Shown: one piece after another, positions 13,147 to 22,619 of the stretch | How the letters are laid out: each line of letters starts with the position of its first letter | Position numbering within the stretch: position 1 is the stretch's first letter | NCBI GenBank assembly: GCA_001179505.1 | Contig: CDMY01000255.1 | Span: forward strand, 1-64,000 | DNA length: 64,000 bases | Direction of reading: 5' to 3' | From: Vitrella brassicaformis CCMP3155 | Lineage: Eukaryota; Protista; Chromerida | Notes under the pieces: model-generated | Told to the model about the DNA's origin: nothing | Databases searched by the model: none | Seen by the model: the letters and a program-made list of their open reading frames with translations, nothing else | Program-made: the position numbers and the translations under genes

Positions 13147-14273
13147 GCACGACGCACATCGCAGCACAGTAGCGGTGGAGGGAGTAGTAAGGGAGCAGTA
13201 GAGGCAGGTGGGAGAGGGACGGAGGGAGGAGGGAAGGATGGAGACTTCGTTGCCTATGTGTGTGTGTTTTGAGTGTTCATGTCTGTGGGCTGTGTAATCG
13301 ATTGCGGTGTATCCACGCGTACGACAAACGCACTCATCCATCCATCCATGCCCTTCCATGAGCAAGAGCAAGAGAGATAGACAGATGACCGACCCGACGT
13401 GCCGTTCCATTGCCATGCTGTGAGCCAGTCGAGTCATCAGACGTGGTCAAGCAGCCAGCACCCCTGGTGGTCGACCGGCTGCGACTGGTGGCGAGACTGG
13501 ACCACGGATGGCTGGGTGGCGGTATGGTGTGTAGGTGAATTCGCATGGACTAACTCGTGGACCGTGTATGCGGACAGACCAATGTTCGGGCAGTTTTGTC
13601 AATGTCGATACAAACAATATCATATATATAACGAACAGTCCTCTCCCATACGCTGCCCTTGCCCCTGGTGTACAAGACACGCAGTCAGTCCGGCATTCAT
13701 CGACCAGCTATGTGCATCACCGATATGAACAGGCAGAACGAAAAACCAGTCGGTCGGCCGGTCTGTCTCCCGATACTTGCTGCGGCGAGACCATCCGTCC
13801 ATCCATCCGCCTCAAGCGATTACAAACACGGCCTCATCGCCGGGCAGCTGCTAACCTGACGGACAGACGATATCAAGCAAGATGGAGCCACATACGATCA
13901 CACAACGGAGGGAGGGAGGATGGGTGCCGCCGCCGCTTGGTGCATGTATTGTAATGAACTGATGTCAACTGATGTATGGACAGACATGAGTTCACAATTA
14001 AAGCGTGTCCATCCTCATCCATGAGTTGATACGTCATTCGAGCATCCAGTCATGTCACGTATGTCTGTGTGTCTGCGCTGGCTGGCTGTCGTCGTGTCGT
14101 TCACTCTTCTTCTTCCATTGCCATTTCCCTCTCACTCTCCTCTTCTTCTTTCCTGCGTGCCAGCTCATCCTCCGCCTCGTGCTGTGCCAACTTGCCAGCC
14201 TCCAAACCCTGCATGCACACACAGATACACGCAGCCATCCATCCCATCCATCCATCCATCCCAACGAACGATC

Positions 14274-15298
14274 TTAGATAGTTCGTTCACTGACCTCAGT
14301 GTGTGGTCTCTGGCACATCTCTCTCTTGTGTCTCAGCTCAGCCACCTTTGCTTTGGTCTCTGCAGTCTTGGCGGCAATGGACTCCACAGACTCACCAACC
14401 TGCATCCACCCATCCACCCATCGCACACAAACATCCGAGTGTGTGTCGGTATGTGTCGCGTGTCTTGCCTTCTTGGGACATGGTGCAGGCATGGCTGCTG
14501 TCGTGGCAGCTCCCTCCTCGGCCGCCTTGGCAAGCTGAGTGGACACAAGAGACAGGGAGAGACATGTGGATGAGTGCCATGTCTCAGTGTGTTGTCGTCT
14601 GTGTGTGTGTCGTGTTGGCTGACTGCTTCCTCCTCGGCTTTGACGTCCTCTGTCATCGACTTCTTGTCGGCGATGGCGGCTCTGACCTGCTGCACGTCCC
14701 TTGCGGCTGCCGACTGTAGCGAGGCCTCCGTGCCAGACAACTTCGCCGCCATCTCGGATGTCTGCACACAATCGTGACAGAGAGTGATGAGTGTGGTGTG
14801 TGTCTCCGTCCGTCCGTCTGTCCGTCCGTCCGTGTGTGTCACAGTACCTGTGCGTCGAGTTTGGCTGTGTCGCTTGGCGGTGCCTTTGCGGCTCTTACGG
14901 CCTGGCCCGCCTGCTCCTTGGCCGTGTCGAGAGCATGCTGACATCCACACAGAGTCATTCAGTCGTCACACTCATTCAGTGTGTGTGTGTGCGTGTGTGT
15001 GTGTGTGTGTGTGTCATGCATCTACCTTCTGTCGCTCGAGTCTCCTCCCACGGATCTCCTCTACGCTTTTGAGTGTATCGGCCTTCCTCTCTGCCTTGAC
15101 CACCTCTTTCTCGCTCTCGGTCTTGCCCGCCTGGCTGCGGCCCTCTGCGACTCCCTCGCGATAGACGTCGACTGCGTCACGCACGACGCTCGGAGGCGCA
15201 CGGCGGCTGTACATGTGGCGGATGGCGTGACGGTTGCTCAGCGAGTCCACACTGACGGCGAAGAGGAGAGACACCAGCAGGACAGCCTTGAGCATCAT
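14274..15298 (-). CDS. Secreted or surface Ala/Lys/Glu-rich coiled-coil protein, multi-exon
   Basis: Signal-peptide-like MMLKAVLLVSLLFAVSVDS at 15298; further exons TSEMAAKLSGTEASLQSAAARDVQQVRAAIADKK, VGESVESIAAKTAETKAKVAELR; ends VSERTI-TAA. Confidence 0.65.
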
Positions 15299-15961
15299 CT
15301 TGCAGTGAACGAATTGCAGAGAGTGAGTCAACAGACAATCAAACGGACGAGTGACGAATCGAAGAGCGAATCAATCGCGATGTGATGCTCGATCGTTCAT
15401 CAGTACGAGTACGAGTACGGTGAGTTTATACGTGTTGAAGAAGACCCATGTACGCACCAATCAATCAGGAGAGTCTGTCACGCAGGTATGCAAGGAGGGG
15501 ATGACATGAAAAGCTCATGAGAGTGACCAGCTACTTCCGTCTGCCCGTTGTGCATGTGCTGGGTGGGTGTTCGTGTGCCCCGTTTTGTCCTCTCAACCGA
15601 AGCTCAATCACACCCTCGTCAAGAAGGCGGTGTGATTGAAGCTCAAGCAAGAGAACACAACGGAACACGCGGACCACACCCCCCCACACTGATAACCAAA
15701 ACGCACTCCACCAGCGATTAAAACTCATTCATGTAAGCCAGTATTTACATAAGCCAGTATTTACACGAGTCAGCTCACGGAGGTGTGCCCGCACAGCCGT
15801 TGAAAAGTCAGCCAAAAGAAAATGCAGCCCACAGCTCACTCTCACACACACGGGATGCTAGCTGGAAGGAGAGATGGGAGCGAGGCAGACAGACAGGTAG
15901 ATAAAAGCAAAGAGGTGTGTGTACGCGAGCTGTGTGTGGTGGTGGCTGCTCGGCTGGTGGC

Positions 15962-17508
15962 TCAGATGAGGTCGGCCACGTTCATAGGCATCTCGTCTAT
16001 CTGCGTCGAGTAATACTGCTCGATATCACGGAGAATGCGAATGTCGTCATTCTGACCACCACACAAAGCACACACACACACACACACACACATTCGTCAT
16101 GCTGTAAGCATTCTCTCACTCTCTCTCTCTCTTTTTTTTTGTGTGTGTGTGTGTGAATGTGACTGTTACCTTGACGAAGTTGATGGCGACACCCTTCCTG
16201 CCGTATCGGCCGGACCGCCCGATGCGATGGATGTACAGCTCACGATTGTTGGGCAGGTCGTAGTTGATCACCAGCGACACCTGCACACACCCATACGCCC
16301 ATGCGATGAGCAGCGAGGTGGATGACATTCGTGTTGCCGACTGACCTGCTGCACGTCCAGCCCTCTCCCCCAGACGTCCGTAGCTATCAGTACCCTGCAC
16401 TCACACACATGCCGAAGACACAGAGTGGCATTGTGGTCTGCCTGCGTGTGTTGATGGATGATTTATGTACCTGTTAGACCCACTCCTGAACTGGCTCATA
16501 ATTTGCTCCCGCTCCTTCTGCGGCATGTCACCGTGCATCGAACTCACCTGCATCCAGCACACAACAACAGATACAGGCCGATCCTTGTGCTCCCCACCAC
16601 GCACCACGCCTCTCTCCCTCTCTCCCTCCCTCCCTTCGGTAACGAACCGTGAAGTTGGCCTCGCGCATCTTCTGTGCGAGCCAGTCGACCTTGGCCTTGG
16701 TGTTGCAGAAGATGACGGCCTGTGTGATGGTGAGTGTGTCATACAGGTCGGTGAGGGTGTCGAACTTCCACTCCTCGCGCTCGACGGCGACGAAGAACTG
16801 CTTGATGCCCTCGAGGGTGAGCTCATCACGCTTGACCAGCACGCGGAAGGGGTTGTTCATGAACTTGCGGGTCATCTCGAGCACCTCGTGCGGCATGGTG
16901 GCCGACACGAGGATCACCTGAGTGGATGGCGGCAGGTACCGGTAGATGTCGTACACCTGCTCCTTGAACCCGCGGTTGAGCATCTCGTCCGCCTCATCCA
17001 GAATCAGCATCTTGATCCGACGCGTCGTGAAGTGCCGCTCGTTGATCATGTGGAACACGCGGCCAGGTGTGCCCGACACGATGTGCACACCCGCCTCGAG
17101 GGCACGGATGTCGTTGCCGACCGCCTTGCCGCCGACGCAGCAGTGCACCTGGACGTTCATGTAGTCGCCGAGTGCGAGGGCCACCTTCTGGCTCTGCTCC
17201 GCCAACTCGCGCGTGGGTGAGAGGATGAGCACCTGGGGATCCCGCTCGGTCATGGCGATGGTCTGCAGCGCTCCCAGGCAGAAGACGCACGTCTTGCCCG
17301 TCCCCGACTGGCTCTGGACTATGACGTCACGTCCCTTCATGATGGGCACGATGGCGCGCGCCTGCACCGCCGACGGACGCTCGAAGCCGTAGGCGTAGAC
17401 GCCGCGCAGCAGGTCCTCCTTGAGCTCCATGCTGTCGAAGGTGGGGAACACCTGACAGTCCTCGCTCGTCTCAAACACCATCTGCTCATCCGAATCTAGC
17501 GCCGACAT
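15962..17508 (-). CDS. EIF4A3: DEAD-box RNA helicase eIF4AIII (exon junction complex core)
   Basis: Q motif (GFERPSAVQ), [50 protein letters not shown]; ends [19 protein letters not shown]; eIF4A3-specific QSQSGTGKT and [10 protein letters not shown] signatures. Confidence 0.95.
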
Positions 17509-17582
17509 GGTGACTACAGGGACCAACGATGGGCGGGAAGGTAGAGGGGGATAATCAGCGAAAAACACCACCCGGCAGAGCG

Positions 17583-17600
17583 TAGGGTTTGGGGTTAGGG
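17583..17600. promoter_or_regulatory. Telo-box / telomere-like motif in the divergent promoter of eIF4A3 and the smORF array
   Basis: TAGGGTTT (reverse complement AAACCCTA) at 17583-17590 followed by GGGGTTAGGG; about 75 bp upstream of the eIF4A3 ATG. Confidence 0.4.
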
Positions 17601-17633
17601 TCAGGATCGCCAGCTAAGCTCGCAACTGAAAAA

Positions 17634-17780
17634 ATGCTCGACGCTTTGCTCGTGTCCTGGATCAACGTTGGTGTCGTCGTCTACACCGTCTTCGGCATCA
17701 TCGGTTTCATTCAAGATTTCTGCTATCGTGTCCTGCACCGCATTGCTACCGGAGAGTGGGAGTGGGGCCGCTCTCGTTGA
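17634..17780 (+). CDS. smORF A1, 48 aa single-TM peptide
   Basis: MLDALLVSWINVGVVVYTVFGIIGFIQDFCYRVLHRIATGEWEWGRSR; at least 11 synonymous codon differences versus paralogue A2. Confidence 0.75.
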   Translation: MLDALLVSWINVGVVVYTVFGIIGFIQDFCYRVLHRIATGEWEWGRSR

Positions 17781-17884
17781 GCACACAACAGCAGGTACGC
17801 TATGCGTGAGGCCACAAGAGCATCAGTGACCCATTCCGCCTTCGCCCCACGTCAGACTTTGCATCCGACTGAGTGTGAGCGGCA

Positions 17885-18028
17885 ATGTTCTTCTCGCCTT
17901 TCGAGCTCTTCATTGGCTTTGTGATGGTCTTCGATATCACCCTTGGGGTCGGGCTGTTCGCCCACTACTTCCGACTGTTCGCCGGAGGGTGCGGTGGGCC
18001 GCGAAGTGTTATGAACCCCTACAGCTGA
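17885..18028 (+). CDS. smORF B1, 47 aa hydrophobic peptide
   Basis: MFFSPFELFIGFVMVFDITLGVGLFAHYFRLFAGGCGGPRSVMNPYS; CGGP...NPY conserved in B2 and the diverged B3. Confidence 0.7.
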   Translation: MFFSPFELFIGFVMVFDITLGVGLFAHYFRLFAGGCGGPRSVMNPYS

Positions 18029-18100
18029 ACCACACTGTTTCTTCCCAAATCGTGTCTCCGCTTTGCTACCAGCTGTTTGCTACCTCTTCGTCAACCGGGC

Positions 18101-18196
18101 ATGATCCCTCTCCCCCCCCTTGACCCCATCTGGTGGATCAACGCTGGCGTGGTTGTCTACTATATCATCGGCATGATCTCCTTCGTCGAAAAGTGA
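18101..18196 (+). CDS. smORF C1, 31 aa single-TM peptide
   Basis: MIPLPPLDPIWWINAGVVVYYIIGMISFVEK; shares DP(I/L)xWINxG(V/L)V with family A. Confidence 0.65.
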   Translation: MIPLPPLDPIWWINAGVVVYYIIGMISFVEK

Positions 18197-18342
18197 TCCT
18201 GGCGTTCGATCCCCTTTCGTGGATCAACGTTGGTCTCGTGGCCTACCTTCTACTCGGTCTCGTTGCTTTTGTCCAAGATTTCTGCTATCGCGTTGCTCGT
18301 CGGGTTCGAAGAGGCGAATGGCATTGGGGGCGAACTCCCTGA
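18193..18342 (+). CDS. smORF A2, 49 aa; GTG start overlapping the C1 stop (AAGTGA)
   Basis: VILAFDPLSWINVGLVAYLLLGLVAFVQDFCYRVARRVRRGEWHWGRTP; protein-level conservation with A1. Confidence 0.7.
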   Translation: MILAFDPLSWINVGLVAYLLLGLVAFVQDFCYRVARRVRRGEWHWGRTP

Positions 18343-18458
18343 CATGACGCTGAGCACACAACAGCAGGTATGCCTATGCGTGAGGCCACAAGAGCATCAG
18401 TGACGCATTCCGTCTTTGCCCCACTTCAGACTTTGCATCCGACTGAGTGTGAGCGGCA

Positions 18459-18602
18459 ATGTTCTTCTCGCCCTTCGAGCTCATCATTGGCTTTGTGATG
18501 GTCTTCGATATCACCCTTGGGGTCGGTCTGTTCGCCATCTTCTTCCAGGAGTTCGCCAGAGGGTGCGGTGGGCCGCGACGTGCTATCAACCCCTACACTT
18601 GA
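18459..18602 (+). CDS. smORF B2, 47 aa
   Basis: MFFSPFELIIGFVMVFDITLGVGLFAIFFQEFARGCGGPRRAINPYT. Confidence 0.7.
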   Translation: MFFSPFELIIGFVMVFDITLGVGLFAIFFQEFARGCGGPRRAINPYT

Positions 18603-18660
18603 ACCACATGGTTTCTTCCCAAATCGTGTCTCCGCTCTGCTACCTTATCGCCAAACGGGC

Positions 18661-18777
18661 ATGATCCCTCTCCCCCCCTTTGACCCCATCTGGTGGATCA
18701 ACGCTGGCGTGGTCGTCTACTGTATCATCGGCATGATCTCTTTCTTGTCATACCACTGGTGCCGTGAATCTCACTGA
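18661..18777 (+). CDS. smORF C2, 38 aa
   Basis: MIPLPPFDPIWWINAGVVVYCIIGMISFLSYHWCRESH. Confidence 0.65.
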   Translation: MIPLPPFDPIWWINAGVVVYCIIGMISFLSYHWCRESH

Positions 18778-18882
18778 AAAACGGTAAGTCAGACGGGGAG
18801 TGGGGCTGTACACAGAGCACTTACGCCTGTCATTCATGTCCTGTCCCTTGCCACCACAGGTTCTGCGTCATCAGGAGCGACA

Positions 18883-19026
18883 ATGGTGTTCCCGCCGGTG
18901 GACTTCATCACTTTCTGTGTCCAGGCCCTTGTCTGCACCTTCTGGATCTCGTTGTCCATCTGGATGATCCTCAATATCCTCAATATCGGGCAGGAAGACA
19001 CCTCCCGTCTGAGGCTGGCGCTTTAG
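18883..19026 (+). CDS. smORF D, 47 aa single-TM peptide
   Basis: MVFPPVDFITFCVQALVCTFWISLSIWMILNILNIGQEDTSRLRLAL; same size and N-terminal P-x-D pattern as its neighbours; preceded by intron 18784-18859. Confidence 0.55.
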   Translation: MVFPPVDFITFCVQALVCTFWISLSIWMILNILNIGQEDTSRLRLAL

Positions 19027-19095
19027 GAGCCAGTCGCTCAGCCCAACGGCCCCGTTTGCTCTGCTCCTTCTTCCCTTCCCCCATCAAGAGCTCCA

Positions 19096-19242
19096 ATGTT
19101 CTTCCCTTTCGCTGACCTCTATTTCGGATTGGTGCTCGCCTTGAACATCATCCTGTGGGTCGGGTTCGGTGCCTATTACGGCACCATGCTCCACTCATAC
19201 TGTGGTGGCCCGCAAGACATCTCCCTCAACCCCTATGCTTGA
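19096..19242 (+). CDS. smORF B3, 48 aa, diverged B paralogue
   Basis: MFFPFADLYFGLVLALNIILWVGFGAYYGTMLHSYCGGPQDISLNPYA; CGGP and NPY retained through synonymous third-position changes (tgt ggt ggc ccg vs tgc ggt ggg ccg; tat vs tac). Confidence 0.7.
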   Translation: MFFPFADLYFGLVLALNIILWVGFGAYYGTMLHSYCGGPQDISLNPYA

Positions 19243-19313
19243 GCCTGTCCTTCTCAAGCCGTGTCTCTAGTCTGCTACCTTCTCGCCAAGCCGGACTGGT
19301 TCCCCCCCCCCCG

Positions 19314-19613
19314 NNNNNNNNNNNNNNNNNNNNNNNNNNNNNNNNNNNNNNNNNNNNNNNNNNNNNNNNNNNNNNNNNNNNNNNNNNNNNNNNNNNNNNN
19401 NNNNNNNNNNNNNNNNNNNNNNNNNNNNNNNNNNNNNNNNNNNNNNNNNNNNNNNNNNNNNNNNNNNNNNNNNNNNNNNNNNNNNNNNNNNNNNNNNNNN
19501 NNNNNNNNNNNNNNNNNNNNNNNNNNNNNNNNNNNNNNNNNNNNNNNNNNNNNNNNNNNNNNNNNNNNNNNNNNNNNNNNNNNNNNNNNNNNNNNNNNNN
19601 NNNNNNNNNNNNN
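19314..19613. other. Assembly gap (300 N) inside the smORF repeat array
   Basis: Run of N flanked by poly-C tracts that match the start of family C ORFs. Confidence 0.98.
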
Positions 19614-19699
19614 CCCCCCCGACCCCATCTGGTCATCTGGTTGATCAACGCTGGCGTGGTTGTCTACTGTATCATCAGCATCATCTCCTTCGTCGAAAA

Positions 19700-19849
19700 G
19701 TGATCCTGGCGTTCGATCCCCTTTCGTGGATCAACGTTGGTCTCGTGGCCTACCTTGTACTCGGTCTCGTTGCTTTTGTCCAAGATTTCTGCTATCGCGT
19801 TGCTCGTCGGGTTCGAAGAGGCGAATGGCATTGGGGGCGAACTCCCTGA
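19700..19849 (+). CDS. smORF A3, 49 aa; GTG start overlapping the stop of a partial C3 (ends 19703)
   Basis: Near-identical to A2, with the same TTCGTCGAAAAGTGATCCTGGCG junction. Confidence 0.65.
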   Translation: MILAFDPLSWINVGLVAYLVLGLVAFVQDFCYRVARRVRRGEWHWGRTP

Positions 19850-19971
19850 CGTGACGCTGAGCACACAACAGCAGGTATGCCTATGCGTGAGGCCACAAGA
19901 GCATCAGTGACGCATTCCATCTTTGCCCCACTTCAGACTTTGCATCCGACTGAGTGTGAGGTGCAAGTTGA

Positions 19972-20091
19972 ATGTTCTTCTCGCCCTTCGAGCTCATCAT
20001 TGGATTACTGGCGGCGGCCAACGTCTGCCTGTCTATGTGTGGTTGCACCAAGATGCGGTCATTGAGACACGCTGAAGCAGAAGTTGATTAA
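19972..20091 (+). CDS. smORF B4, 39 aa, B-type N-terminus with a different C-terminus
   Basis: MFFSPFELIIGLLAAANVCLSMCGCTKMRSLRHAEAEVD. Confidence 0.5.
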   Translation: MFFSPFELIIGLLAAANVCLSMCGCTKMRSLRHAEAEVD

Positions 20092-20156
20092 GCAGCTGCC
20101 TGGCGTCTCCTGTCGTCCCTTCGGCTCTGGCCCCCCTGACCCCAACCAAAGCCGAG

Positions 20157-20330
20157 ATGATTCTTTTTGCCCCTTGATCCCATCTGGCTGATCAACACTG
20201 GAGTCGTTCTGTTTCTCGTCTCCGCCTTCCTACCCCTCGGAACTTCAGCTGCTTGTCTGCGCCCCGATCAACGCTGATGTCGTGGTCTTTCTCCTCGTCG
20301 GCATGATTCGGTTTTGATACCTTGTTGAGC
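20157..20330 (+). pseudogene. Degenerate C/A-type smORF remnants
   Basis: ATG at 20157, a frameshift in the T-run, then LDPIWLINTGVVLFLVS; a second remnant INADVVVFLLVGMIRF follows. Confidence 0.5.
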
Positions 20331-22619
20331 TTATCTGCCATAACATCGAGGGCGGGGGGTTGGTGCTCGCATCTAGCCGTCCGTGGGCTCCAGGCTGATC
20401 AGCCTGACTCTCATGGTCATGCCGCCGCCCGTCTCATAGCAGTCGGCTCCGCATCCTTCGTGTTGACCCCCATGCTCAACCCAGAGTTCCGGGGAATGAA
20501 ATCGCCTTCACTAAGACATCTCTCGGCAATCGGGCCTTTAGTGAATTCTCTCTGCTCGGTGGAGAAACGACGCCTCTCTCGGCGGAGACTCTCGACAATT
20601 TGCCCGTCTCGCCAACGCCAGCATTGCTGACGGCCACCTGTTCGCTCGAGGCACACCGCAGCAGGAGAGCTGTCTCGGCAAGCCAGCGGGCTGCAGGAGG
20701 CCAGAATTTAGAAGGCCCACACACAGCTGACCATAGAAGCTCAGAGGCACAGCCGGCCAACGATCAAGACGAGCACAGATGCCACTGTCAGTGTGTCTCC
20801 TGGTGATGGCACTTAGGCTGAGGCCAATGGCCAAGACGACTGGGCAGACGTCAACACTGCGCACAATTACCCGGGAGAAACATCACATCGACACCCGTTC
20901 TGAGAGGCTGGCAGAATGCAGGAGCCTGCTCCGACCTGAAGGTCTTCTTTCCTGTCTCGGTGAATGCAGTTCCTCGGTGGCTGATGCCGGCCTCTGATGC
21001 CCCTGACCACTTTTGGGCCTCAGCCGGCCAGTAACTAAGCTGCCCTGCGTTCCGGGCAGCACACTTCAGCGCGAGGGAACTTGTAGGGGAAGTCATGTCT
21101 CGGTGGGTTGCAGGTGAACGAGACACAGTGATCGACAAGCACTCCAGCAGCTGAGTGGGGCACAGCTGCACGCTGCGGCGGCCGGGGCGTACAAGCGGCG
21201 CAGAGGCAGTCGATGAATGGAAAGGGGGCCGGGCAGGGGGGTGGGGGCGGATGGATAGGGAAAGGAAGGGAAAGGCGGATGGATAGGAGGTATTTGTCTC
21301 TTCGCTATATATAGCTGTCCAGCGGGCGGCCGGTGGCTTGATGTGTCTTCACCACACAGCCGCCATGGCGTCTTTGACGTGGGGCCGCCATGTGACAGGC
21401 AGGTATGACGGTAGGGCTTTAGACCGTCACTCAAAGACCTACCGTCATTTCCTTTGACAACAGCGGAGAAGAGGGAAGGGGGTCGATTCCATGTCGTTTG
21501 TGACGTAATCCAAGTATTGGCGCCGCCCTTTTTTACGTTGTCAGTGCGGCACCGCCATATCTTTTTCTGTGTTTGTCGAAGGGTTACCTGAAGCTGGCTG
21601 CGGTTCTGTATGTCGTGACCAACACTTGTTCACTCCTTCTTTTTGGTGGTCATCGGCTGGTTTCTCCTTTTCTTGTCGGCTGAGGTGGGCGGGAGAGGTT
21701 GTGTGGACCTTCTCATGGATGTAGGATGTGCCTGCCTTGCTCCTTAAGCCTTGTCTACGAACTCTTTTTAGGCGCATTGATCTTAGAGAAGAGGGTACAA
21801 AGACGTGCACAATTTGCTCTCTGTGCCGGCTGACAGATGGATACGCGCGTGAATGTACAGTATCGGCATGCGCTCTTTTTCTCTTTTCTCGGTGGCAGCT
21901 GGTTCTCTACGATGCAGTTGTTCTTTTCGCCTTGTCACTTTTGACTCACACATCAATTCAGGGATATGTGTGTGTGATTTAAGCGATGTGTCTGTGGCGT
22001 TAAAGCAGTCGTGTGTGACCGGCAGAACTCGGTTGAGACATGGAATGAAAAAGACGACATGACGTTTTAAGGCACTCAAAGGGGCTTCGCATTCGTCTCT
22101 CATTAGTGCTGAATGTCTGGGTCTCTCATCCCTGCAATCCGTCGCCACCAGCGTGGACATGTACACAAATGCATATGGGTCACATCAAGGCGACCGACGC
22201 CCCAAGGCCCAAAACCGCATACGTCCTCTCTACGTCCTAATGCAATGAAGGCTATGCTACACTCGCGCACACACCCTGAACATCTATCTCTCTATCGATG
22301 ATGCATGCACAGCATCAAGACACGTCGACGAACACCATCCGCAAAGAACGGCCGTACATGTGGACAACTCGCACGTACTAGGAAGTCACATACATCAGGA
22401 ACACACACGTGTATGCATTCATGCAATCTCTCGACAAAAACGGCCATAAGACATACGTGGGTGCGTGAGCGAAAGAGTGTGAGACAGCGCGCATGTATCA
22501 ATATGCCGCCATATGTATATTCCAAGACTCAGCAGGAGGTAAACAGATACACACATGTGTCAGACGTATATATACACACACAGTATGGTGCTTACTCATA
22601 TGGACGGACAAATACACAT

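Noticed and set aside
13399-13728. Trp/Cys-rich 109-aa ORF
   Set aside because: No recognisable motif, no paralogue, no splice support; probably UTR or intergenic sequence.
17778-17890. TGA readthrough or selenocysteine joining the smORFs into one polyprotein
   Set aside because: With or without the spacer intron, A is not in frame with B; D ends in TAG and B4 in TAA; no SECIS-like element was recognised.
17875-18123. Listed alternative-frame ORFs (MSGNVLLAFRALHW..., also 18416-18664) as the real product
   Set aside because: That frame hits a stop in the diverged third copy (AAT GTT CTT CCC TTT CGC TGA), whereas the MFF.PF frame stays open with conserved CGGP/NPY.
19155-19703. ORFs spanning the N gap
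   Set aside because: Artefacts of translating 300 Ns; the 8-nt TCATCTGG duplication at the right gap edge may also be an assembly error.
17634-20330. Repeat array as CRISPR or a non-coding satellite
   Set aside because: Units are about 570-640 bp with codon-patterned divergence and introns; there is no short repeat-spacer structure and no cas genes; the context is eukaryotic.
20409-20806. Open ATG-less plus-strand frame downstream of the smORF array
   Set aside because: No start codon, acceptor or domain that I could support.
21478-21492. GGGTCGATTCC resembling a tRNA T-loop/B-box
   Set aside because: No acceptor, D or anticodon stems can be folded around it.
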